DNA from: Candidatus Tayloriibacteriota bacterium
Lineage (GTDB): Bacteria; Patescibacteriota; Minisyncoccia; Phycocordibacterales; CAIRYW01
DNA length: 64,000 bases
Direction: 5' to 3'
Assembly: GCA_028286725.1 (NCBI GenBank)
Contig: JAQBQZ010000014.1
Span: 5,051-69,050, forward strand
The notes beneath the pieces were generated by a model. The model did no database searches. It saw only the letters and a list, made by a program, of their open reading frames with translations, and was not told the DNA's origin. This document shows positions 1 to 9,645 of the stretch, one piece after another; positions within the stretch are counted from its first letter, which is position 1, and the number at the start of each line of letters is the position of its first letter. The translations under genes were made by a program, and so were the position numbers.

Positions 1-150
1 ATAGGAACCAAGTTCAATATTGGCGGTAAAGAATTCAAATTCTATTTTACCGCTTTTTAGATCCTCTTTTCTGAACCGTGTAAGATTACTCTTTAGTTTT
101 TCAACAAGAGCTGATTCAAGAGGTATTAATAATTTGATAGTATCTATCAT
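1..150 (-). CDS. Partial hypothetical protein. The N-terminus is in the window and the gene continues past the window start.
   Basis: ATG at 150 on the minus strand with an open frame (MIDTIKLLIPLESALVEKL...) running to position 1. No recognisable motif. Confidence 0.25.
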   Translation of the reverse strand, partial: MIDTIKLLIPLESALVEKLKSNLTRFRKEDLKSGKIEFEFFTANIELGSY

Positions 151-589
151 GTTGCAAATTACAACGTTCCCAAGGTGTTACTAACACCTTGGTCACTATT
201 ACCACTTTTGGAACGCGAAGCGAGTCCGTCCGCCCCTAATGGGGCAGGACCGGACTCGCTATCCGCAAATGCCAAAAATAATCCTGAAAGACCATTCAGG
301 TATTCATTGGCTGTTTCTTCAGAAATGTCTAAACCATCCTCCTCTTTGAAGCATTTGATAGTTCGATCTATTAATTTTTTGCTGAATAAAAAAAGCACCT
401 ACTTTAAATAGGTACAGATTAAAGTCATAAAAAGACAAAACAGTGACTGATCAGGGTTTACTGATCGTTGCTTTGCTCTTTAGACTCTCTTAGATTTGTT
501 ATTCGGCAATGTTCGCCTTGAATTATATTAGGCGAGAGTGAGACTGTCTGTACTGCTATAAGTCTGTTCCATTTCAATAATTCTGTCAA

Positions 590-612
590 CTCATATCTTG
601 TGTTATAATTTT
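590..612 (+). promoter_or_regulatory. Candidate sigma70-like promoter with an extended -10 (TGtTATAAT)
   Basis: tgttataat at 601-609. Lies about 10 nt upstream of a run of hairpins that ends in a T-tract. Confidence 0.35.
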
Positions 613-615
613 GGC

Positions 616-766
616 ACAACCGAATAAGCGCCTAACCCGTTAGTTTTCTAACGGTATGGCAACAAGTCAGGACATGAATAAAGAACCCATCATAGGGGTC
701 GCATGTCCTGCCGTGTGGGGAAACCTGCACGAGTAGCTTCGGCTACTACCTTGTGGTGGGCTTTTT
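616..766 (+). ncRNA. Structured leader or small RNA candidate: three hairpins, the last capped with UUCG and followed by a T-run
   Basis: Hairpins ccgttag/ctaacgg (637-654), gtcaggacatg/catgtcctg (666-710) and cacgag-gtagc-UUCG-gctac-cuugug (728-755), then ttttt at 762-766. Sits directly upstream of the ORF starting at 770/794. Confidence 0.3.
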
Positions 767-769
767 GCG

Positions 770-1390
770 TTGTTTAATTTAATTCATACAATTATGAAAG
801 TAACAAAAGTTGAGGGGTTTCTCATCCTTTTAATGATCAGCATACCTTTATTTTTATTATACAAATCGTCACATTATTCTGGTCCAGGTAGTTTTTTAGA
901 AAATCTATATTCAAATATATTTGAAGGTAATTACAAACAAGTTTCTAATGATCTTTTTGATCAGAACAAAGGCTCATTTTCACAGGCACCTCATTATCCT
1001 GATACAGTAATAAAAAATGTAAAAGAAAAATTTACTCTCTGGGATATGGAATATGAAGTAACATCAGTAGAGATTTTTCATCCCGTCTATGACATTCAGA
1101 AGACGACAGGTAAATATATTGGCATAAAAATCAAAGTTACGAATGATGCGAAATCAGATGTTGGAGTAAGCAAAATTTATATTGAAGACAGTAAGGGTAG
1201 GCAATACCAACCAGCAATGATTGGCTATCAGCAGTTAGATGTTGAGGATTATGGCTGGAACAAGATTCAGTCCGGTTTTACAAAGACGCTAGGGGTTATA
1301 TTTGAAATTCCTAAAGATTCAGAGGGATTAAAGCTTGATTACCCAAGCGCGCAAGGTCCTGTAGTTGTAAGTGTAAAACTAGGTCTTTAA
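770..1390 (+). CDS. Membrane-anchored protein with a DUF4352-like beta-rich domain
   Basis: N-terminal TM helix, then a domain resembling DUF4352 lipoproteins (…GIKIKVTNDAKSDVGVSKIYIEDSKGRQYQP…FEIPKD…). Start may be TTG at 770 or ATG at 794. Confidence 0.45.
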   Translation: MFNLIHTIMKVTKVEGFLILLMISIPLFLLYKSSHYSGPGSFLENLYSNIFEGNYKQVSNDLFDQNKGSFSQAPHYPDTVIKNVKEKFTLWDMEYEVTSVEIFHPVYDIQKTTGKYIGIKIKVTNDAKSDVGVSKIYIEDSKGRQYQPAMIGYQQLDVEDYGWNKIQSGFTKTLGVIFEIPKDSEGLKLDYPSAQGPVVVSVKLGL

Positions 1391-1412
1391 TTTACTAAAT
1401 AATTTAAATTAT

Positions 1413-1562
1413 ATGTTTAATAATAACTTGGAAAATATATTACTGGTACTTTCTTTTATAATTTTTGGATTTCTCGCTTTGCGTGAAATTTTTACTTGGT
1501 ACTGGAAAATCAATAGAATTATTGAGCTTTTGGAGAAGATAGAAGAGAATACAAGGAAATAG
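1413..1562 (+). CDS. Small (49 aa) single-TM protein. It falls below the 60-aa cut-off of the supplied ORF track.
   Basis: ATG-to-stop frame MFNNNLENILLVLSFIIFGFLALREIFTWYWKINRIIELLEKIEENTRK with a hydrophobic core. Intergenic, no competing ORF. Confidence 0.3.
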   Translation: MFNNNLENILLVLSFIIFGFLALREIFTWYWKINRIIELLEKIEENTRK

Positions 1563-1787
1563 AAACGTATTCCACCATAAAATTACTTTTTTCTTCTCCA
1601 ATTCCACTTACGGTTTAAGCTCATCTTGACAGTTCACTTGTATTGGGTTTATTTTTGTGTCGGGGTAGGCTTTTTGTTGTATATACACTGTATTTTCGAG
1701 ATAAGTTAGAGGTATACTATCATTTAGTAGGGTTTGAAGATTGAAAAACCCACCATCAAGATGATGAATTTTTCGAGTATTTAAATC

Positions 1788-2096
1788 ATGGTATTAATAA
1801 ATTTAAACACAAATATGATAGATCCAAATAAGATAAACTTAAGTGAATTACCTAAGAAACTTTGTGACGGTGCCATTGGTGCTTTTGGTAAGGAGTATTT
1901 TTCTTTTGTGCTAACATCGGGTAATAATCTTGATTCTTATGCAGCCACACCAAAAATAATGAAAAGTGTATCTGTTTGGATGAGTGCACAAATCCAAAAT
2001 TATGAAAAACAATTTGGAGAAATTGATATGACACCATCGCCAATACAAAGTCCAATTCAAATGGCGGATTTAAAAAAACCTGAAGATAATAAATAG
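1788..2096 (+). CDS. Hypothetical protein
   Basis: ORF of 102 aa, first of three tightly packed same-strand ORFs. No motif recognised. Confidence 0.35.
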   Translation: MVLINLNTNMIDPNKINLSELPKKLCDGAIGAFGKEYFSFVLTSGNNLDSYAATPKIMKSVSVWMSAQIQNYEKQFGEIDMTPSPIQSPIQMADLKKPEDNK

Positions 2097-2100
2097 TATT

Positions 2101-2496
2101 ATGAGCATACAATTAAAGAATCTATATATCTGTGAAACTGCCGTAATTGCATTTAATGGACAATTAAGTGTCATAAACCTGACATCAGAAATAGTTTCTA
2201 GCTCGTTTCCTGCACTATGTCCAAAATTGAGTGTTGTGGTGAATGTTATCGGAGATATTTCGACTTATAGAGAAACTATTGAAATAGTGGACTTAAATAG
2301 TAGCGAAGTTATTGCAAAAATTGATGGTGAAACAGAAATAAAAAATGGGGGTGAGAATAATTTTGTTGGAAACTTTTTGAACACAGTTTTTCCAAGAGAG
2401 GGTAAATATTGGATAAAAGTTTCTATCAATCGGGATAATGTAATTACAGAGCAGATAAATCATAATCATTGTATAGAAGTTAAGAAGTCTAAATAA
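2101..2496 (+). CDS. Hypothetical protein
   Basis: 131-aa ORF starting 5 nt after the previous stop. No motif recognised. Confidence 0.4.
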   Translation: MSIQLKNLYICETAVIAFNGQLSVINLTSEIVSSSFPALCPKLSVVVNVIGDISTYRETIEIVDLNSSEVIAKIDGETEIKNGGENNFVGNFLNTVFPREGKYWIKVSINRDNVITEQINHNHCIEVKKSK

Positions 2497-2501
2497 TTTA
2501 T

Positions 2502-2915
2502 ATGGAAATAAGTAACGATCAACAATCAACATCCCCTCAACCAAGTCAGGCGTATTCCATTCCCGAATCAAGTGTAAGTTTTGATTTTTTACAAAGTGAA
2601 ATTAAGAAAATAGCAAAAGAGGCTAAGGATGCAGCCGACACAATTAAAACTGATTTTATAAATTTGGAAAGAAGACAGGACAGAGCTAATAATTTTATGA
2701 TGTGGATGACTGGTATAATCGCTGGTGTTTTTCTTGTGACTGGAGTCTTAATAATGATTGACTATGCATATCATAGAGGAGAGGAATACGATGCTTTCAA
2801 AGTTCAGATGGATTCCTTGAAGGGGGATTATTATAAAAAAGATGAAGTTGATAAATTATTTGAATCTTTTAAAAATTGTATCTGGTTTAATGGTTTGTCT
2901 CATTGCTTAAAATAG
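2502..2915 (+). CDS. Hypothetical protein with one TM helix
   Basis: 137-aa ORF starting 6 nt after the previous stop. Central hydrophobic helix MMWMTGIIAGVFLVTGVLIMI. Confidence 0.4.
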   Translation: MEISNDQQSTSPQPSQAYSIPESSVSFDFLQSEIKKIAKEAKDAADTIKTDFINLERRQDRANNFMMWMTGIIAGVFLVTGVLIMIDYAYHRGEEYDAFKVQMDSLKGDYYKKDEVDKLFESFKNCIWFNGLSHCLK

Positions 2916-2959
2916 TTCCCACTTCATCCCAGCACCTGCACAAATGATTTTGAATTAAA

Positions 2960-3457
2960 TTAATCGACAAAAACTTTCTTTTTTATTTCATAAAAAATAA
3001 TTGTTGTTATATAAAACAGAATATCTGTGGCGATTTTTCCTGCGATAAGTCCGAGTAAAAGATTTCCTAAAAGAATCGGCATAATATACATAAAAAATGG
3101 GCGGAGGAGTAAATTATCTAAACTTTCTGCTATACCAAATTCAAACACAATATCTCGTGCCGTTTTACATATTTCACCAAATGAAATTTTACCTTTTTTT
3201 GTTTTTAGTTCATGAATAATTACTGCTACATAGTAACCAATATTCTCTGACCATGCGGTAGTAAATGCAATAATGACAGGATTATTGGTTAGATAGTATG
3301 AAACTAGACCACCGACAATGGCTGTGATTGTAGCTACAATCTCAAGAGGTAAGTACCTTGATAACCATTCTTTAAGTTTTTTCTTCATTTTGTTAATTGT
3401 ATCATGGAGAATTAGTGCATGACTCAAAATCGTTCTAACTTCATCTCGATAGATCAT
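2960..3457 (-). CDS. Hypothetical polytopic membrane protein
   Basis: 165-aa ORF with several hydrophobic segments. Confidence 0.4.
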   Translation of the reverse strand: MIYRDEVRTILSHALILHDTINKMKKKLKEWLSRYLPLEIVATITAIVGGLVSYYLTNNPVIIAFTTAWSENIGYYVAVIIHELKTKKGKISFGEICKTARDIVFEFGIAESLDNLLLRPFFMYIMPILLGNLLLGLIAGKIATDILFYITTIIFYEIKKKVFVD

Positions 3458-3471
3458 GAACTTGCTTCTTA

Positions 3472-3741
3472 GTGGATATTTTTATCTTCCTAATTTATTC
3501 ATGTTATAATATCCTCATGCTCTCTATTGAGACTCTCCAAAACTTCAATATCTTCAAATACCTCTGGGTAGGGTTTGTTATCTTTTGGATATTTGCAGGC
3601 TGGATGACATTTGCTCTCTTTTATCACTGGATCAAATATTCTCAGCTCAACACGATTCTTTTCCGACTTTTCCAATTCATATTCATCGGTGGAATGGTAT
3701 TCCTTTTCTTCTTATCATTTTTCTTTTTTATTAAGATATAA
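3472..3741 (+). CDS. Small membrane protein (YdbS-like partner?)
   Basis: 89 aa, highly hydrophobic. Stop lies 9 nt before the bPH_2-type gene. Confidence 0.35.
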   Translation: MDIFIFLIYSCYNILMLSIETLQNFNIFKYLWVGFVIFWIFAGWMTFALFYHWIKYSQLNTILFRLFQFIFIGGMVFLFFLSFFFFIKI

Positions 3742-3749
3742 TTTCATAT

Positions 3750-4283
3750 ATGATACCTCTCGAACAAGGTGAATACATTGTCGCAACATTCCGCAAGCAT
3801 TGGTGGAAGATATTTACATGGGGGCTCAGCATGACGGTGCTCGCATTCATTCCTATTATATTTTTGTTTGTATTTATTTATGCTATCCCGCAGGCGAGTC
3901 TCGAGCATTGGACATATATACTCGGGCTTGGATACAGTGTCTGGCTCACAGTACTTTGGATAATGTTTTTTGTTGAATGGACGGACTTCTATCTCGATGT
4001 ATGGGTAGTTACCAATAAGAGAGTGGTTGATATCGATCATGAGGGACTCTTCTCAAGAGAAATATCCGCAGTTCGGCTTGAGGATATTGAAGATACAACG
4101 ACAGAGTCATACGGCATACTTGCAACATTTCTCAAATTTGGCAATGTGTTTATACAGACAGCAGGTTCTCGAAATGAATTCTATCTTCGTGAGGCAAACA
4201 ATCCAGACAAGATCAGACAGACCATCTCTAACCTCATTGATACAGCAAAAAAGTTAAACGAGCATAATCCTCATAACTCTTAA
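3750..4283 (+). CDS. Membrane protein with a bacterial PH (bPH_2 / YdbT-like) domain
   Basis: Two N-terminal TM helices, then FYLDVWVVTNKRVVDIDHEGLFSREISAVRLEDIED…FIQTAGSRNEFYLREANNP, which is typical of bPH_2. Confidence 0.55.
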   Translation: MIPLEQGEYIVATFRKHWWKIFTWGLSMTVLAFIPIIFLFVFIYAIPQASLEHWTYILGLGYSVWLTVLWIMFFVEWTDFYLDVWVVTNKRVVDIDHEGLFSREISAVRLEDIEDTTTESYGILATFLKFGNVFIQTAGSRNEFYLREANNPDKIRQTISNLIDTAKKLNEHNPHNS

Positions 4284-4304
4284 TAGTATTATTTTTCATA
4301 CAAA

Positions 4305-5042
4305 ATGAAATCATACACAATCACAGATTCATACAAATTCTTGGATGTTAGTCCATTATCAAAAAAATATGTTTTAACAATCCGCGATCTTCCAATTGAA
4401 GACAAGCCTCGAGAAAAGTTTTTGAAGTTAGGCGCGTCATCACTCTCGGCCCAGGAATTGCTTGCGATCATTTTGAATACTGGCACCAAAAAAGAGGGTG
4501 TGCTCGAGATGTCGGGAAGAGTCCTTAAAGAGTATGGAGAGAAAGCTCTCATTATGGGTAAAGTTGATGTGAAGAAATTTGCAACAGACCTCGGTATTCC
4601 TCTCATAAAGGCGACTCAGATCGCAGCCTCAATTGAGCTTGGAAGAAGGTTCTTTGAAAAGAAAAACGCCCAGATGCCAGTCATTCGTACTCCAAAGGAC
4701 ATTTATGAATACTTGGCAGATATGCGAAGCCTTCCAAAGGAACATCTTCGAGGTCTCTATCTCAACTCCCATTACAAACTCATTCATGATGAAGTTATCT
4801 CGATCGGTACGATAGATGCGAATATTATTCATCCGCGAGAAGTATTTCGACCAGCACTTGAATACAGTGCGGTGGCAGTAATACTTGCCCACAATCATCC
4901 AACGGGCAATCCAAAAGCGAGCGAGGCAGATATTGCAGTAACGGCTCAGATCATTGAAGCGGGGAAGATCATGGGCATCAAAGTTCTGGACCATGTTATT
5001 ATTTGTAAGGACAAGTTTGGGAGCGTGCCTGCGGATTATTAA
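4305..5042 (+). CDS. radC: RadC-family JAB/MPN domain protein
   Basis: N-terminal HhH region (SAQELLAIIL) and C-terminal HNHPTGNPKASEADIAVT…VLDHVII signature. Confidence 0.85.
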   Translation: MKSYTITDSYKFLDVSPLSKKYVLTIRDLPIEDKPREKFLKLGASSLSAQELLAIILNTGTKKEGVLEMSGRVLKEYGEKALIMGKVDVKKFATDLGIPLIKATQIAASIELGRRFFEKKNAQMPVIRTPKDIYEYLADMRSLPKEHLRGLYLNSHYKLIHDEVISIGTIDANIIHPREVFRPALEYSAVAVILAHNHPTGNPKASEADIAVTAQIIEAGKIMGIKVLDHVIICKDKFGSVPADY

Positions 5043-5059
5043 TTTATTTTAAATACAAC

Positions 5060-5362
5060 ATGAGAAAGAAAACAAAAAAATATCTTTTACTCCCTACAGA
5101 AATCATAATGTCAGAAAACGGAGTGTCTATGTACTCGCTTGTCCGAGAAGGGGATTTTTCTCGAGACCTCACTCAAAAATATCATAATGATGTCAAAGAC
5201 GTCTTGAATCTAAGACTTGAAAAAATGATGAAAGATCATAGCGTGCCTCTAACCGATATCAATAGAGTAAAGGAGCTCATAAGCGAGCTCGTACATACAA
5301 AAGAAATACTTGTTACCTATGATATGGAAAAACCGATGATCCAAAAGATCATGGACAAATAA
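5060..5362 (+). CDS. Hypothetical protein
   Basis: 100-aa ORF, no motif. Confidence 0.3.
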   Translation: MRKKTKKYLLLPTEIIMSENGVSMYSLVREGDFSRDLTQKYHNDVKDVLNLRLEKMMKDHSVPLTDINRVKELISELVHTKEILVTYDMEKPMIQKIMDK

Positions 5363-5473
5363 TACTTGTCCTGTTAGAAAAGCGAACCATTTACCAAACC
5401 TAAATCTGTCAAAACATATGAATGCTAAGTATAAAAATTTATTAGAAGCAATTGCTAATCTTTTGTAATTGGG

Positions 5474-6103
5474 ATGGCTATCATCTGGAACAAAGTCACT
5501 TGGTATTCGAAGTTGCTTGCTGTTATTCTCGCGATACTTATTTTTGGTGTCGGACTTTACTTTGGAAGCGAGTTTGAGAAGCTTTCTCTTATTGTTCCTA
5601 ATACTGTTCAACCAGTGATACAGAATGTTAAAACAGATACTTCAGATTGGAAGACATATCAAAATGATAAATACGGTTTCAAGATTAAATACCCAGCGAC
5701 CTATTTTATATTTCAAAGTGCAGATCAAGTAAAGGAAAGCGTGACACCTGTGAGCTCAGATAGTAAGCAAATTTATATAACAGGAAATAAAGATATGTTT
5801 TTTTGCTGCGAGCCCTCGTATGTACTTATTAAAATAGATCCTGAAACCAAAGATTTGGACGTGAGGCTTGAAGAAGAAAAAGCTAAATTAGAGTTAAGAT
5901 CTGTTGATGCTAATGGTATACAAGCGTTGTCTACGAATATTGCGGGTGTAAAAGCATTTAACCTAACAACGCAACCTGTGTATGGTGGAGAACTTCAAGA
6001 ACTTATTTTTGATAAGGGGGGTAATTCATATACCGTTATGACAAACTTTAACGAAAATGAATCATATAAGGAAATAATCAAGAGTCTCGAGCTCACAAAA
6101 TAA
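5474..6103 (+). CDS. Hypothetical secreted or membrane-anchored protein
   Basis: N-terminal signal/TM (LLAVILAILIFGVGLYF), then a hydrophilic domain. Confidence 0.35.
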   Translation: MAIIWNKVTWYSKLLAVILAILIFGVGLYFGSEFEKLSLIVPNTVQPVIQNVKTDTSDWKTYQNDKYGFKIKYPATYFIFQSADQVKESVTPVSSDSKQIYITGNKDMFFCCEPSYVLIKIDPETKDLDVRLEEEKAKLELRSVDANGIQALSTNIAGVKAFNLTTQPVYGGELQELIFDKGGNSYTVMTNFNENESYKEIIKSLELTK

Positions 6104-6777
6104 TGTCTCTCTACATCATCGCAACTCCAATAGGCAACCTTGAAGACATCACGCTTCGCGCTATTCGAATTCTTAAAGAAGTGGATTTGGTATTGTGCGA
6201 GGATACTCGTGAGACCCGAAAACTCCTCAATCACTATGAGATCAAAACAATGACACAGAGCTATCATGCGCAGAGCAAGCTCTCAAAGATAGACTCGATC
6301 ATTGCAATGCTTGCTGACGGACGAAATATTGCACTTGTCTCTGATGCGGGGACTCCTGCTGTTTCTGATCCAGGATCGCTTTTGGTCAAAAAAGTTCGTG
6401 AAGAATTGCCAGAGATGCCGATACTTTCTGTACCTGGTCCATCTGCACTTACTTCTGCATTTTCGACGAGCGGGATCGTGGGAGGAGAGTTTACTTTCTT
6501 GGGATTCTTGCCTCACAAAAAGGGAAGAGAGACTTTGTTTAAAGAGATCGCAGCTTCAGAGCGGCCATATATCTTTTATGAATCCCCTCACCGGATCATG
6601 AAGACTCTTGAATCTCTTGTGAAATTTGCGCCAGCACGACAAGTACAGGTAGCAAAAGAGATCACGAAAATATTTGAGCAATATGTGCTTGGTACTCCTG
6701 CAGAAGTTTTGGAGTATTTTACAAAGAATAGTGACAGGGTGAGAGGGGAGTTTGTAGTCATTGTCTATAATAAGTAA
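6103..6777 (+). CDS. rsmI: 16S rRNA (cytidine1402-2'-O)-methyltransferase
   Basis: MSLYIIATPIGNLEDITLRAIRILKEVDLVLCEDTR…, the tetrapyrrole-methylase-like RsmI N-terminus. Length 224 aa. Confidence 0.8.
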   Translation: MSLYIIATPIGNLEDITLRAIRILKEVDLVLCEDTRETRKLLNHYEIKTMTQSYHAQSKLSKIDSIIAMLADGRNIALVSDAGTPAVSDPGSLLVKKVREELPEMPILSVPGPSALTSAFSTSGIVGGEFTFLGFLPHKKGRETLFKEIAASERPYIFYESPHRIMKTLESLVKFAPARQVQVAKEITKIFEQYVLGTPAEVLEYFTKNSDRVRGEFVVIVYNK

Positions 6778-6795
6778 GTATAAAGTATTATGTAT

Positions 6796-6832
6796 AAAAT
6801 GCACGGCGCCTAAAGGGCGCCGTGCATTTTGA
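6796..6832. terminator. GC-rich palindromic rho-independent terminator (bidirectional)
   Basis: aaaatGCACGGCGCCtaaaGGGCGCCGTGCatttt directly after the rsmI stop. Confidence 0.6.
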
Positions 6833-6864
6833 AATAGCCTTAAGAATAGGGTATAATTACCCTT

Positions 6865-7176
6865 ATGAAAATAAACAGACTTCACGCGATCATCGGGTTC
6901 CTTTTGGTCATAATCCCTTTTACTGGCTTTACCCGAGGCTTCAAATATGGTTTTAGTGCCCTTGCTGGAGCTACAATACTCTACTTTGCAATGCGATCTA
7001 TTCACGAAGAGATCATGAAAAAGCATCATCGGCACCGAAAGAATGATTCATTTGTAGAAAACAAGCCAAAAGATAGTCTTAAATCAGAAACAAAGTTTGA
7101 GAAAACTCATTCAGCAACTCCTGCTGAGTCAGATTCATCCCCGCAGAATTTATCTCATATAGCAGATAATAATTAG
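6865..7176 (+). CDS. Hypothetical small membrane protein
   Basis: 103 aa with two N-terminal hydrophobic helices and a Lys/His-rich tail. Confidence 0.35.
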   Translation: MKINRLHAIIGFLLVIIPFTGFTRGFKYGFSALAGATILYFAMRSIHEEIMKKHHRHRKNDSFVENKPKDSLKSETKFEKTHSATPAESDSSPQNLSHIADNN

Positions 7177-7243
7177 GTATCACGTTCCAGTTTTAGATAT
7201 ACATCGTGATTTTGTCACGGTGCCAAATCCTCTGCATTAAAAT

Positions 7244-9016
7244 GTGTTAAAATATATTCTTATGACAAACCAAAAACCAAAAACAGTATTTGGACACTAT
7301 AGAAAGGCGTTAGGGAACAAATATGTCCTCGCCTTGCTTTTTGAAGCTGTGATGTTTTCAATCCCTGTCTATATCAACAACATTCTTGCGCCAACTTACT
7401 ATCAGAGAATAGTAGATGCAATATTAAAGGGTGGGACCTACGATACTGTTGTTTATTTTATCTACCTTCTTTTGCTCTTGGGGATTGTCGCCACTATCTT
7501 CGATCGAACTTACGAATATTTTATTGATAAGATAATGACAAAGTCGATCATCAAGATCTCAGACTATTCAATGAATAATCTTACGCAGCATTCGTATCAG
7601 TTCTTTACGAACAATTTTGCAGGATCACTTGTTACAAAGCTCAAGAGATTCGTCTCTTCATTTGATCCGCTTGTTGGATTTATCATTAGTGAATTCTTGT
7701 TTGCGGCTGTGAGTGTTGTCGGGATCTTGTGGGTACTTTTTTTGAACTCACCAACATTGGCGTATACTGCGCTCGTTTGGTTTATTATTTTCTTTTATAC
7801 TCTTGTCTACTCAACAAGAAAACGAATCCCGCTTGAAAGAAAAAAGAGTGAAATGGAATCAAAAGTGACGGGAGTATTGTCAGATATCGTGAGTAATGTG
7901 TTGAATCTTAAGCTTTTCTCATCTCAAAAAGGCGAGAGAAATTATTTTTCTAATGTGTTAGAAGAAGAGGGCAAAGCAAGGTGGGCTTCTTGGTCATTTG
8001 CTAATAAATCATACACAGTACAGGTATTCATTACATTGTTTGCACGAACCTCTCTTATGTTTGTGAGTATTCTGCTCTGGAGTTATGGCGAAGTGTCAGC
8101 TGGAACCATTGTCTTGGTTATTTCTTATGGAGGCACACTCTTCAACAGATTGAGCGGACTTGGGAGTGCTATTAGGCGGTTCTCTGATTCATATGTAAAC
8201 TCAGCTGAATTCGTAGAGATCATAGATACACCAATTGAGATTGTCGATACCGAAAAACCTGAGACACTTCGAATGAAAGAAGGTGAAATTGTTTTTGATA
8301 AAGTTGGTTTCTCATACAAAAGCAGTGCAAAGATATTGAGTGATTTTAATTTAAAGATCAATGCAGGAGAAAGGGTGGGGGTGGTTGGTACATCAGGCGC
8401 AGGGAAGACAACACTCACTAAGATACTTCTTCGTTTCGCAGATGTGACAGAAGGTGCCATCAAGATCGACGGACAGGATATTCGAAATGTTACACAGGAT
8501 GATCTCCGTTCTGTTGTGTCATACGTCCCACAAGATCCAATACTCTTTCACCGATCGCTTGCAGAAAATATTGGATATGGAAGACCGGGCGTATCAGTGG
8601 ATGAAATTATCGATGCTTCAAAAAAGGCTCACGCACATGAATTTATCGAATCACTTTCACACGGCTACGATACGCTCGTCGGCGAGAGGGGTGTGAAGCT
8701 CTCGGGAGGTGAGAGACAGCGAGTGGCGATAGCGCGAGCCATACTCAAGAATGCTCCAATACTTATTCTCGATGAAGCCACAAGTGCGCTCGACTCAGTA
8801 TCAGAGACACATATCAAAGCTGCACTCGAAGTGCTCATGAAAGGAAAGACGACGATCGTTATTGCTCACCGACTTTCAACTATTGAAAAGATGGATCGAA
8901 TCATTGTTATGGAAAAGGGTGAGATTGTAGAAGAAGGAAGTCATAAAGAGCTTGTGGCAAAGAAAGGTGTCTATCAGAATTTCTGGGAGCATCAGTACGG
9001 TGGGTTTATAAAGTAG
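7244..9016 (+). CDS. ABC transporter, fused permease/ATPase (exporter type, MsbA-like)
   Basis: Six N-terminal TM helices; Walker A GTSGAGKTT, signature LSGGERQRVAIARA, Walker B ILILDEATSALD. Confidence 0.85.
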   Translation: MLKYILMTNQKPKTVFGHYRKALGNKYVLALLFEAVMFSIPVYINNILAPTYYQRIVDAILKGGTYDTVVYFIYLLLLLGIVATIFDRTYEYFIDKIMTKSIIKISDYSMNNLTQHSYQFFTNNFAGSLVTKLKRFVSSFDPLVGFIISEFLFAAVSVVGILWVLFLNSPTLAYTALVWFIIFFYTLVYSTRKRIPLERKKSEMESKVTGVLSDIVSNVLNLKLFSSQKGERNYFSNVLEEEGKARWASWSFANKSYTVQVFITLFARTSLMFVSILLWSYGEVSAGTIVLVISYGGTLFNRLSGLGSAIRRFSDSYVNSAEFVEIIDTPIEIVDTEKPETLRMKEGEIVFDKVGFSYKSSAKILSDFNLKINAGERVGVVGTSGAGKTTLTKILLRFADVTEGAIKIDGQDIRNVTQDDLRSVVSYVPQDPILFHRSLAENIGYGRPGVSVDEIIDASKKAHAHEFIESLSHGYDTLVGERGVKLSGGERQRVAIARAILKNAPILILDEATSALDSVSETHIKAALEVLMKGKTTIVIAHRLSTIEKMDRIIVMEKGEIVEEGSHKELVAKKGVYQNFWEHQYGGFIK

Positions 9017-9050
9017 CTTTATAAAGCAAGCTGTTAGTATCTAAAATACA

Positions 9051-9085
9051 AAACGCACGGCAGCATAGCTGCCGTGCGTTTTTAT
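9051..9085. terminator. GC-rich palindromic terminator
   Basis: aaaACGCACGGCAGCataGCTGCCGTGCGTtttt after the ABC transporter. Confidence 0.6.
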
Positions 9086-9111
9086 AGTAGATACTATATA
9101 CTATTTCCAAT

Positions 9112-9645
9112 ATGGCAAAAATCACTATATTTGGGCTCGCAGGGACGGGCAAAGGTACTGTTTGTAGGCTTCTCTGTGAGAAGCTTGGCTACCGATCTTT
9201 TTCGGGCGGAGACTTCGCCCGAGAGACTGCTCGCAAAATGGGTCTCACGATAAATGAGATCGATGAGCTTTCTCGATATGACAAAAGTGTTGATATTGAA
9301 AGAGATCGGGTGATCGAAGACTTTGGTAAAACCAATGACAATTTTGTCGTGGAGGCTCGACTTGGGTGGAAGTTTATTCCTGATTCATACAAGGTGAGCT
9401 TTGAGTGCGATTTTGAAGAGCGTACTCGTCGTGTAGCTCAGAGAGAGAAGAAAGATATCGTAACTGTACAAGCTGAAACTGTACAAAGGGAAAACGCGAT
9501 CTATGATAGATTTCTCAAATATTATGGAATCAAAAATGTTAATGATCCAAAACATTTCGATCTCATTATTGATACGACTCATATTACGCCAGAAGAGATT
9601 GCAGAGAAAATTATAAACGGACTCAAAGAGAATAATGTTTTTTAG
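9112..9645 (+). CDS. cmk: Cytidylate kinase, archaeal-type (Cytidylate_kin2 family)
   Basis: P-loop ITIFGLAGTGKGTV and overall similarity to archaeal CMP kinases. 177 aa. Confidence 0.6.
   Translation: MAKITIFGLAGTGKGTVCRLLCEKLGYRSFSGGDFARETARKMGLTINEIDELSRYDKSVDIERDRVIEDFGKTNDNFVVEARLGWKFIPDSYKVSFECDFEERTRRVAQREKKDIVTVQAETVQRENAIYDRFLKYYGIKNVNDPKHFDLIIDTTHITPEEIAEKIINGLKENNVF

Noticed and set aside
385-420. Weak AT-rich hairpin plus A/T-run as an intrinsic terminator
   Set aside because: The stem is only 5 bp (accta/taggt), too weak to call confidently.
616-766. SRP (4.5S) RNA or 6S RNA candidate
   Set aside because: No domain-IV-like AGGUCAGG…GGAAGCAGC motif and no GNRA-capped long helix. 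Kept only as a generic structured leader or sRNA.
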